A stretch of DNA of 64,000 bases from Candidatus Cloacimonadales bacterium (GTDB lineage Bacteria; Cloacimonadota; Cloacimonadia; Cloacimonadales; JAFGVF01): the NCBI GenBank assembly GCA_963667035.1, contig OY762964.1, forward strand, positions 1,792,001-1,856,000, read 5' to 3'. Of this stretch, positions 19,745-27,737 are shown piece after piece. A model generated the notes under the pieces. The model ran no database searches, was not told where the DNA came from, and saw only the letters and a list, made by a program, of their open reading frames with translations. The translations under genes and the position numbers were made by a program. Numbering within the stretch: position 1 is the first letter of the stretch; each line of letters starts with the position of its first letter.

Positions 19745-20239
19745 ATGTCGGTTGATCTCAGAAACTATGACAGTCCTGAATACCAGGAGCTGAGGCAGAT
19801 TATCGAAGAGAAGAAAAAGCTGAGAGACCCATTGATTGAGGTACTTCACAAAGCACAAGGAATCTTTGGTTTCTTACCACCTGAGGTTCAGGAGTTTGTT
19901 TCGGAACATTTAGGTGTTCCTGTGAACAAGGTTTATGGAGTTGTAACATTCTACAACTTCTTCTCAATGAAACCCAGAGGCAAATTTGTTATTAACGTAT
20001 GTACAGGAACAGCCTGCTTTGTTAAAGGTGCTCCTCAATTACTTCAAAATTTCGAAGAATTACTCGGAATCAAAAAAGGTGAAACAACACCGGACGGATT
20101 GTTTACTTTAAACGAAGTCAGATGTGTTGGTGCTTGCTCATTAGCTCCTGTTTTTGTTGTCGGAGAAGAGACTTTTGGTCGTGTTGAGACAAAAGACCAA
20201 TTGAAGAAGATTGTTGATCAATTAAAAGCTAATGCTTAA
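19745..20239 (+). CDS. NuoE/HydC-like [2Fe-2S] subunit
   Basis: GVVTFYNFF, CTGTAC, CVGAC; AGGAGG RBS before ATG 19745. Confidence 0.9.
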   Translation: MSVDLRNYDSPEYQELRQIIEEKKKLRDPLIEVLHKAQGIFGFLPPEVQEFVSEHLGVPVNKVYGVVTFYNFFSMKPRGKFVINVCTGTACFVKGAPQLLQNFEELLGIKKGETTPDGLFTLNEVRCVGACSLAPVFVVGEETFGRVETKDQLKKIVDQLKANA

Positions 20240-20257
20240 AAGGTAAATCGTAAAGTA

Positions 20258-20827
20258 ATGCAGGATATTTCATTACATCTTTTGGACATAATTGAGAACT
20301 CAGCAAGAGCCGAATCTAAGAATATTCGTTTATCAGTCCTTATTGATGAAAGGAAAAACCTGATGAGATTTACCGTTAAGGATGATGGAATCGGAATGGA
20401 TGAAGAGACATTGAGAAGTGCTCAGAATCCGTTTTATACTTCCAAAGCGGAAAGAGTTAAGAAAGTGGGATTAGGCATTCCACTGTTTGCTCAGAATGCC
20501 GAGTTGTGTGGTGGAAGATTCCAACTGGAAAGTGATTTGGGAAGTGGAACAGAGTTGGTTGCAGAGTTTCAATATAATCATATTGATAGGATGCCACTAG
20601 GCAATCTGCAAGATACTTTGATAAGTGGTATTATAGGTCATCAGGATGTAGATTTCTGGTTAAACTTAGACCACTTAAAAGAAGATAAACATCTAGAGTT
20701 CTTTTTTAATACGGCTGAAGTTAAAGCCGAATTAGGTGATATTCCGCTAACATATCCTGATGTCATCCAGTTTATTGAGGAAAATATTAAAGAAGGAATA
20801 AAAAAAACAGAGATGGAGGAAAACTAA
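20258..20827 (+). CDS. HATPase_c (histidine-kinase-like) protein typical of hyd operons
   Basis: DIIENS.RA, DDGIGM, PFYTS, GLG.P, HIDR.PLG. Confidence 0.85.
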   Translation: MQDISLHLLDIIENSARAESKNIRLSVLIDERKNLMRFTVKDDGIGMDEETLRSAQNPFYTSKAERVKKVGLGIPLFAQNAELCGGRFQLESDLGSGTELVAEFQYNHIDRMPLGNLQDTLISGIIGHQDVDFWLNLDHLKEDKHLEFFFNTAEVKAELGDIPLTYPDVIQFIEENIKEGIKKTEMEEN

Positions 20828-20828
20828 G

Positions 20829-21194
20829 ATGAAGACCTTAGCCGAACTCAGAAAGATTCGTGAGCAAGCTCAAGCTGACATGAAGCTCAGAGCTTCTGGT
20901 AGCCGTGTAAAGGTTATTGTCGGAATGGGAACTTCAGGTATCGCTATGGGTGCCCGTGAAGTTATGAAAGCATTCTTAGACGAAATAGCTAAACGTGGTC
21001 TTAAAGACGTATTAGTGACTCAAACAGGAGAGAAGGGACTTTCTTCTGTTGAGCCGGTTGTTGATATCGTGATTGAGGGACAAGATTCCGTAACTTATGG
21101 AAACATGGATCCTGAAAAAGCCCGTAAAGTTGTAGTTGAACACATTGTCAACGGCCGTATTGTTGCCGATTTTGTTGTTTCAACAAATAACTAG
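20829..21194 (+). CDS. HydD/HndB-like thioredoxin-fold subunit (cysteine-free)
   Basis: MK.L.EL..IRE, VGMGTSGIA.GAR, QTG, EP.V, VTY, EHIVNG pattern; no Cys in the protein. Confidence 0.85.
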   Translation: MKTLAELRKIREQAQADMKLRASGSRVKVIVGMGTSGIAMGAREVMKAFLDEIAKRGLKDVLVTQTGEKGLSSVEPVVDIVIEGQDSVTYGNMDPEKARKVVVEHIVNGRIVADFVVSTNN

Positions 21195-21202
21195 GGGGAA
21201 TA

Positions 21203-23059
21203 ATGTCTTTAAGAAGAATAGACTTACTTATTTGTTGTGGTTCCGGCTGTGTATCTGCCGGTTCTCTCAAGATTAAAGAAAAATTCCAAGAGCTCTTAAA
21301 AGAGCATGATTTGGTTTCTGAAATTAACATTATCGAAACAGGTTGTATGGGTCCATGTGACTACGGTCCTGTTATGATGATTTATCCTGAAGGCGTATTC
21401 TACAAGAAAGTTACTGTTGAAGATGTTCAAGAGATTGTTGAAGAGCATTTCCTTAAAGGACGTCCCGTTAAACGTCTCATGATTCAGGACAAAGAAGATA
21501 AAGTTATTGTGGATAAGAAAGAGATTCCTTTCTACCAAAAACAAATTAAGGTTGCTCTTGAACATTGCGGGTATCTTAATCCTGAAAGCATTGAAGAGTA
21601 CATTGCTGAAGGTGGATATGAAGCTTTAGGTAAAGTCCTTACAGAAATGACTCCTGAATCATTAATCGAAGAAATGAAAAAATCAGGTCTTAGAGGTCGT
21701 GGTGGTGCAGGATTCCCAACTTGGATGAAGTGGAATTTCGGTCGCATGAACCATGCTGATGAGAAGTATGTTGTTTGTAATGCTGACGAAGGAGATCCGG
21801 GTGCATTTATGGATCGTTCACTCCTGGAAGGCGATCCACATAGAGTACTTGAAGGTATGATGATAGCTGCCTATGCAATGGGTGCTACAATGGGATATTT
21901 CTATATTCGTGCAGAATATCCTCTTGCTATCAAACGTATCAAATTAGCCATCAAAAAAGCTAAAGAAATGGGACTTATGGGTGAAGATATCTTCGGCTCA
22001 GGTTTCAGTTTTGATGCAGAAGTTCGTTCAGGTGCAGGTGCATTTGTTTGCGGAGAAGAGACTGCTCTTATTCATTCTATTGAAGGTAAGAGAGGTCAAC
22101 CAACTCCTAAGCCTCCATTCCCTGCAGAAAGAGGTTTATGGGATAGACCTACTATCGTTAATAATGTTGAAACACTCGGTAATATCACTACTATCATCCT
22201 TAAAGGTGCAGAATGGTTTGCAGCTATGGGTACTGATAAGTCTAGAGGTACAAAGGTTTTCGCACTTACCGGAGATGTTAAAAATACAGGTTTGGTTGAA
22301 GTTCCAATGGGAATCACGATTGGTGAGCTTATCTTTGGCGTTGGTGGTGGTATCACTAATGGTAAGAAGTTCAAAGCCGTACAACTCGGTGGACCTTCAG
22401 GCGGTTGCTTAACTCAGGATCATGTAGATGTACCTATCACTTATGAATCTCTTAAAGAAAAGGGTGCCATGATGGGTTCCGGTGGTGTTATCGTAATGAA
22501 CGAAGATAACTGTATGGTCAATGTTGCTAAGTACTTCCTTGACTTCTCAGTTGATGAATCTTGCGGTAAATGTTCACCATGTCGTCTTGGTCTTAAGAAA
22601 ATGTATGAAATTATGGAAAGAATCACTTCCGGTGAAGGTCGTGATGGTGATATCGAAGAACTTGAAAAACTGGGTGAAATGATTAAACAAACATCACTTT
22701 GTGGTCTTGGACAGTCAGCTCCTAATCCTGTTCTCAGTACAATTCGCTACTTCCGTAATGAATATGAAAATCATATCAAGCACAAAACATGTCATGCGAA
22801 GGTTTGTAAACCTCTCATGCATTTTGAAATTGATAAAGATAAATGTATCGGATGCTCACTTTGCTCTCGTAAATGCCCAACTTCATGTATTCCGGGTAGC
22901 AGAGAAGAAAAATACACAATCACACAGATTGATTGCGTAAAATGCGGAAACTGTTTAGATGTTTGCCCTGTAGGTGCAGTATCTAAAGTTGCAGGTATCC
23001 ACCCCGATGTAACTGCTTATAAAGCAAAACAAGCTAGTCTTGTTGACGATTACGAATAG
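21203..23059 (+). CDS. NuoF/HydB-like NADH/FMN-binding subunit with N-terminal [2Fe-2S] and C-terminal 2x[4Fe-4S]
   Basis: GRGGAGFPT, NADEGDPGAFMDR, FVCGEETAL, GGPSGG, SCGKC.PCR, two CxxCxxCxxxCP motifs. Confidence 0.93.
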   Translation: MSLRRIDLLICCGSGCVSAGSLKIKEKFQELLKEHDLVSEINIIETGCMGPCDYGPVMMIYPEGVFYKKVTVEDVQEIVEEHFLKGRPVKRLMIQDKEDKVIVDKKEIPFYQKQIKVALEHCGYLNPESIEEYIAEGGYEALGKVLTEMTPESLIEEMKKSGLRGRGGAGFPTWMKWNFGRMNHADEKYVVCNADEGDPGAFMDRSLLEGDPHRVLEGMMIAAYAMGATMGYFYIRAEYPLAIKRIKLAIKKAKEMGLMGEDIFGSGFSFDAEVRSGAGAFVCGEETALIHSIEGKRGQPTPKPPFPAERGLWDRPTIVNNVETLGNITTIILKGAEWFAAMGTDKSRGTKVFALTGDVKNTGLVEVPMGITIGELIFGVGGGITNGKKFKAVQLGGPSGGCLTQDHVDVPITYESLKEKGAMMGSGGVIVMNEDNCMVNVAKYFLDFSVDESCGKCSPCRLGLKKMYEIMERITSGEGRDGDIEELEKLGEMIKQTSLCGLGQSAPNPVLSTIRYFRNEYENHIKHKTCHAKVCKPLMHFEIDKDKCIGCSLCSRKCPTSCIPGSREEKYTITQIDCVKCGNCLDVCPVGAVSKVAGIHPDVTAYKAKQASLVDDYE

Positions 23060-23079
23060 TTAAGTTACTATTTATAGAT

Positions 23080-23112
23080 AAAAAGGCGATGAATTGTTTC
23101 ATCGCCTTTTTT
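23080..23112 (+). terminator. Intrinsic terminator closing the hydC-hydB operon
   Basis: AAAAAGGCGATGAA-ttgt-TTCATCGCCTTTTTT. Confidence 0.85.
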
Positions 23113-23261
23113 GATTAACTGCATTTTTATCAAGTATATAACCCATAAAGACACCTGTCTTTATTGATGATATTATATCATGTAGTTTACGTAGTATTTT
23201 TCTTGGTAAAACTTTGATCTCCCTAGGGTGGATACTTTTAATGGTCACTCGCCATGTTAAA

Positions 23262-23461
23262 TGAGCATGTCATGAGCTTTCTACGCTCCTTCTAGGCGAC
23301 TATTAAAAACATTGGAAACAGATTGGATCCACCAAGGAGCCTCCTTGGACCCTCCTTGGCGAAGGCCAAAGTTGTCCACATCGTGTGGATAACTTTCACC
23401 ATAGAATTTCTTAGGTATTTAATAGTGGTGCAGAAGGGGCGTAGAACGATGATAATAGTGG
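23262..23461. repeat. 11-bp-periodic degenerate array with a 29-bp imperfect inverted repeat and internal hairpins
   Basis: Arms 23279-23307 and 23418-23446; ATGAGC, TTCTA, ATTGGA, CCTTGG and AGAA each recur 11 bp apart, AATAGTGG 33 bp apart. Confidence 0.7.
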
Positions 23462-23555
23462 GTCAAAATGAATTCGACTGATAAGTTTATAGCATTTTTT
23501 AGATATCTAAGCAGAAGATTGTACGTAGTGTTATAAGCTCTTTGAACTCTTTGAA

Positions 23556-23826
23556 TGTGAGGGCACTTGCACTATAATTGGTACGCCGACATCCTGCCGG
23601 CATTCCCTAGCATTCAAAGAAGATACTTGCACCGCAATGTACTGCAACTCCCCTGAGTTGCTGTGACGACGAAGTCGACAAGTTCCACAGACTGAAATCA
23701 GATAGTCAAACCTTACTCGCAAATTTACGCAATTATAGCTTTTCAAGCTATGTGCAAGTGAGGACACTTGCCCCACAATTGGTGCACCGGCATCCCTTAA
23801 TGCGAGCTGGAAGCTCGCGTACCCGG
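23556..23826. repeat. Cluster of REP-like palindromes (three composite units)
   Basis: Recurrent ACTTGC(A/C)C..AAT(T)G(G)TRC followed by different hairpins: GCCGAC-atcct-GCCGGC, GCAACTC-ccct-GAGTTGC, GCGAGC-tggaa-GCTCGC. Confidence 0.75.
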
Positions 23827-23914
23827 TTTTATGGCAAAGCATGCAAAAAGTATCAATTGACAAGTTTTAAACACTCTTTCATAAAATAAGTAGTAAAAAA
23901 ATAAAGGATGTTTT

Positions 23915-24379
23915 ATGAGAGTTTTTATAACTATCTTAATCTTAGGAATTCTATCATCAACTGCTCTTTCAGCAAAAGGAAAGCAAACAATCGAGATATT
24001 CCATAAGAATATGCCACCATCAATTACTACTCTAAGCAAAGTGCTTCCTATGGTGAATCAATACAACAAAGACTATCGCATAATACTGCATGAGATTAAC
24101 AATCCTGCTTTAGGGGAGATTATCAAAGCTTATGGTTTACCTTCTACTCACTTCCCTTTCGCAGTTGTTGTAAATGGCAAGTATACAGCTAAGATAGACG
24201 GCAAAGAGGTTGGATTTGTGCATTTCCCTAAATTTATGCACGGAATAGGTCGTCATGAAGGTAATTGGTCTATTGAAATGCTGGAAAAAGTGCTTCAGGA
24301 TAATATGCTCCTAGCTGATGAAAATAGATTACCTGTGATTGATGAACACGATGAAGAGGATGAAGAGTGTCAGGATTAA
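23915..24379 (+). CDS. Secreted hypothetical protein, possible thioredoxin-like fold with an acidic tail
   Basis: Signal peptide; HKNMPPS and HFPFAVVVNG segments; AAGGA RBS; TTGACA at ~23857. Confidence 0.65.
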   Translation: MRVFITILILGILSSTALSAKGKQTIEIFHKNMPPSITTLSKVLPMVNQYNKDYRIILHEINNPALGEIIKAYGLPSTHFPFAVVVNGKYTAKIDGKEVGFVHFPKFMHGIGRHEGNWSIEMLEKVLQDNMLLADENRLPVIDEHDEEDEECQD

Positions 24380-24398
24380 GAAATCAGGAGAAGAGATT

Positions 24399-25139
24399 AT
24401 GAAAGCATTGATAATTTCAATCAAACTCTTAGTTACCGGTTTCATTGCGTTCGTTGTTGCGATTGCGATTACGATATTGAGAGAAATGAAAAGAATGAGT
24501 AAACTTGTTAGTGAAACATCAGAGCCAATAGAAGGAGTTTACATTTTAAAAGATAGATTCGTAAACTCATTTCTTATAAAATCATCTGATGGTTATATCG
24601 CAATTGATTCCTGTGAGAATAAGCAAAATCTTATCAAACAAATGGAGAAACTAAGTATTGAACCTGACGATGTTAAACATCTCTTTCTTACCCATTCAGA
24701 CCAAGATCATACCGGCGGGCTGAATGCTTTTCCCAATGCAAACATCTATTTATCACAGAAAGAGCATTTCTTTATTAAAAGCGGAATTAAGAGAACATTC
24801 GGTTTTATAAAAATAGGAAGAATTAATAAACTGGAGCATGAGTACACCACCTTCTCTAACGAACAAGTGTTTGAAATAGGCGGAACAAGAATAGAATGCA
24901 TTATAACATCGGGTCACACCCCCGGAAGTGCATCATTCATTATAGATGACAAATACCTGTTCTCAGGCGACACTTTAGCAATCAACGGTGACACACTGAC
25001 TGAGTTCTCTCGCTTCATATCTATGGATACAAAAGCAAATAAGATGTCTGTGAAAAACCTCAAAGAGATTATTAAAGCACGCAATATTGGATATGTGTTT
25101 ACGGCTCATCATGGGTATTTGAAATCAGAGATTGATTAG
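24399..25139 (+). CDS. Membrane-anchored metallo-beta-lactamase-fold hydrolase
   Basis: THSDQDHTGG, GHTPGS, FSGD, AHHG; N-terminal TM; AGGAG RBS before ATG 24399. Confidence 0.85.
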   Translation: MKALIISIKLLVTGFIAFVVAIAITILREMKRMSKLVSETSEPIEGVYILKDRFVNSFLIKSSDGYIAIDSCENKQNLIKQMEKLSIEPDDVKHLFLTHSDQDHTGGLNAFPNANIYLSQKEHFFIKSGIKRTFGFIKIGRINKLEHEYTTFSNEQVFEIGGTRIECIITSGHTPGSASFIIDDKYLFSGDTLAINGDTLTEFSRFISMDTKANKMSVKNLKEIIKARNIGYVFTAHHGYLKSEID

Positions 25140-25150
25140 TATCTCGATTA

Positions 25151-25194
25151 CCCTGAAAGGATTACATATTAGTAGCCCCGAATACAATTCGGGG
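25151..25194 (+). repeat. GTAG-type REP-like hairpin
   Basis: CCTGAAAGG followed by GTAG-CCCCGAAT-aca-ATTCGGGG. Confidence 0.55.
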
Positions 25195-25247
25195 TAATTG
25201 GGCACACACGAATCGACAATTCAAACTTGAGTACCCGGTGTTTTTAT

Positions 25248-25406
25248 GGAGTTTGTCGGAGTGAAGTTTAAGAAACGATAACGGACTTCATCAAAAAACA
25301 ATAAACAATGTTCTAGACTCGACAAAGTGATAACGGTCTCAATAAGAAAGACCAGAATTAAGAAAGTAAGCTCTCACTTCACTTCCATGAAGCTCCGGCA
25401 AACTCC
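25248..25406. repeat. ~160-bp element bounded by a 14-bp inverted repeat
   Basis: GGAGTTTGTCGGAG ... CTCCGGCAAACTCC (13/14 match), plus inner GTGAAGT/ACTTCAC. Confidence 0.55.
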
Positions 25407-26009
25407 CTTAAGTCATGGCAAAATCCTTAATCAAAAAAAAACAGGTAACTACTGGAGGACTACTGAAGGGAATCACAGATTTGATATTGATTTGGTAGAA
25501 AAAAACATTACTGAGTACTGAATAATTGAAAGTAAGAAATACTGTTGAGAGTAATGTGAGATTAGAATCAAAATATGCTTTAATTCGCTTTTATCCCGAT
25601 TCTCTCAAAAGCAATAAAGATATAATTCATTAATCTATGTTATATCTAATCTAAAACCACCCTATATGTTCACATAGGCTTCATGTAAGAGTCCTATAGG
25701 ATAGTTTTAAGTTTTATGGGCTTGTTGCTCATGGGAGTGACGGGAGAATGGAGACTTAAATGAGTATAAGCATAATGATGTTGTACTTTATCCATAGTAG
25801 TTTGGTCAATCACTTCAGTTTTCTATTTAAATCCATAATCCGATTAGAATTTTATCTATCTTTTTAATTTTTAGTAATTAAATTTATGCTTGACATAAGT
25901 ACTATCACAACTAACTTTTGGTTTTAATGCATACCTTAAAGATATATACTCTTACAGTTTCAAAGAAAGAAGTTTAGAATATTGCACTAATAGTTTAAGG
26001 ATATTTTCT

Positions 26010-26411
26010 ATGTTAGTATTATTAGCTAATACCTATTTCAAGTTTTTAGTAATTCCTTTTGTAACCACGTTTCTCGTGATATTTGTAAGAAGTGCAAGTA
26101 GAAGCGATAATCAAAGATTTTTTATGAAAGAAGATTTTGCTTTTGGTCTAGAGATGAGTGTAACTGCAATACTTTTATTACTGTCTAATTGTGTCAACAT
26201 TGCATGTAAAGGAGTTTCAGATCCAGACTTGATATCATCAGCAACGGAAAGGCTACTATCTTTATCAATAACTGCTTCAATTCTAATATTCGGTCTTTGG
26301 GCAATGTCTACTATAGTTAGAAGAATAGGATGGGAAAAGGAAATATCTATGAATTGTAGTATGTTTAACTCATCATTACAGAATCAAAAAAATCATTTCA
26401 GAGAAATATAA
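26010..26411 (+). CDS. Small membrane protein (3 TM), possibly C-terminally truncated
   Basis: Three hydrophobic segments, then a hydrophilic tail after GWEKE. Confidence 0.6.
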   Translation: MLVLLANTYFKFLVIPFVTTFLVIFVRSASRSDNQRFFMKEDFAFGLEMSVTAILLLLSNCVNIACKGVSDPDLISSATERLLSLSITASILIFGLWAMSTIVRRIGWEKEISMNCSMFNSSLQNQKNHFREI

Positions 26412-26419
26412 TCATTTTT

Positions 26420-27334
26420 ATGGACTTAACTTGGAGAGATTACGAAAAACTTGTATCTAAGCTGGAAAAATCGCTATTTCCATTGGGTGCAACAGTTAAA
26501 TCACCTGACTATATCAAAGACACTGTCACGAATATTAATAGGGAAGTTGATGGCTCAATTAGATATAAGGTTGGTACGGAAGAAATACTTGTAACTATTG
26601 AATGTAGAAATCGGAATAATAGACAGTGTATATCCTGGATAGAACAATTAGTTACAAAAAAAAGAAGTATAAATGCAAACAAGACTATAGCAGTGTCTGT
26701 AAAAGGCTTTTCTTTAGCAGCAAAAGAATTAGCAAAAAAAAATGATATCATTTTAAAAACACTCGATGAAATTGACCCTGCAAGTGTTCTTGAATGGCTT
26801 ATCCCAAACTCAATTGTAAATCTGTTTAGGCAAATATCTCTTATATCACTTATTGTTACTTATTTTGATAATAAGATGAAGAAAATAACAACTATCAAAA
26901 CACAAAACGAAACATGCTTGAGAGATAATAATGGATTTACAATCAATATACTTAGTTTAATGAGATCTGCAGAAATTTATTTATCAAATCACTGTCCGGA
27001 AATGTTATTTTCTCCGAAGCTTGATGGTAGCTCAAGTTCCATTTTATCATTATCTCAGCCATTAGACAATAATAAGTTATATTTAAAAATAAAAAATAAA
27101 AGTTACCGAGTTTCACACATTAAACTTAAAGTTAAAATATGCTACTTACACACAATAACTGATATTGAATCGGGGAAAAACTATATATACTTTAGTGATA
27201 AGAACTGTTTTCAAGTAACAGAGAGCGAATCATCGAATAGCGATATCCCATTCATATTTAGACACATGGTCGACATAAATACTAAAGAAATGCTTCATTC
27301 CATTGAACTTTCAACGAAGCAAAATAAGTATTAA
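26420..27334 (+). CDS. Mrr-like PD-(D/E)XK restriction-endonuclease-domain protein
   Basis: W..YEKLV, REVDG, IECR, WIEQL, VS..GFS..A...A pattern in the N-terminal ~120 aa; very AT-rich. Confidence 0.7.
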   Translation: MDLTWRDYEKLVSKLEKSLFPLGATVKSPDYIKDTVTNINREVDGSIRYKVGTEEILVTIECRNRNNRQCISWIEQLVTKKRSINANKTIAVSVKGFSLAAKELAKKNDIILKTLDEIDPASVLEWLIPNSIVNLFRQISLISLIVTYFDNKMKKITTIKTQNETCLRDNNGFTINILSLMRSAEIYLSNHCPEMLFSPKLDGSSSSILSLSQPLDNNKLYLKIKNKSYRVSHIKLKVKICYLHTITDIESGKNYIYFSDKNCFQVTESESSNSDIPFIFRHMVDINTKEMLHSIELSTKQNKY

Positions 27335-27530
27335 GGACTTCAATTGGTCTCAGGAATTATTCAGCCAAATACAATCAAAACCAAGAGAAATTTCCTATTT
27401 AGAGATAAAAAATGCTGTTGAAGTACACTAATGTCCATTACAATTGAAGTAAAATCGTTACTTTTGGATTGACAAGAAGTGAGAGATAGAATTTCTTGGA
27501 GAAAATTTATTATAAAGCGGGGTGAGAAGG

Positions 27531-27737
27531 TTGCCAACAGTAAGAGCTAGAGATAATGAGTCTTTCGATATATTGCTTAAACGTTTCAAGAAAAAATGTG
27601 AACGTGCTGCTATATTGTCTGACATCAAGAAACACCAGGCTTATGAAAAGCCAAGTGTTGTCAGAAAGCGTGAACGTAATGTTGCTCGTCGTAAGATGAT
27701 TAAAGCAATGCGCAAAATGAACCGGTATAATAAGTAA
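27531..27737 (+). CDS. rpsU: 30S ribosomal protein bS21
   Basis: ESFD..LKRFKKK....IL...K.H..YEKPS; TTG start at 27531. Confidence 0.95.
   Translation: MPTVRARDNESFDILLKRFKKKCERAAILSDIKKHQAYEKPSVVRKRERNVARRKMIKAMRKMNRYNK

Noticed and set aside
23279..23446. 6S RNA or another named ncRNA
   Set aside because: The size fits, but the interior is multi-hairpin and 11-bp periodic rather than a central bubble; it cannot be assigned without a covariance search.
23531..23863. 110-aa minus-strand ORF
   Set aside because: It is a translation of the REP-like repeats (recurring VQVSS/VQVPS), not a plausible protein.
25327..25521. 64-aa ORF
   Set aside because: Lies in repeat DNA, GTG start without an RBS, no recognisable motif.
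23915..27334. Integron cassette array
   Set aside because: No integrase and no attC-like RYYYAAC...GTTRRRY sites recognised after the genes.
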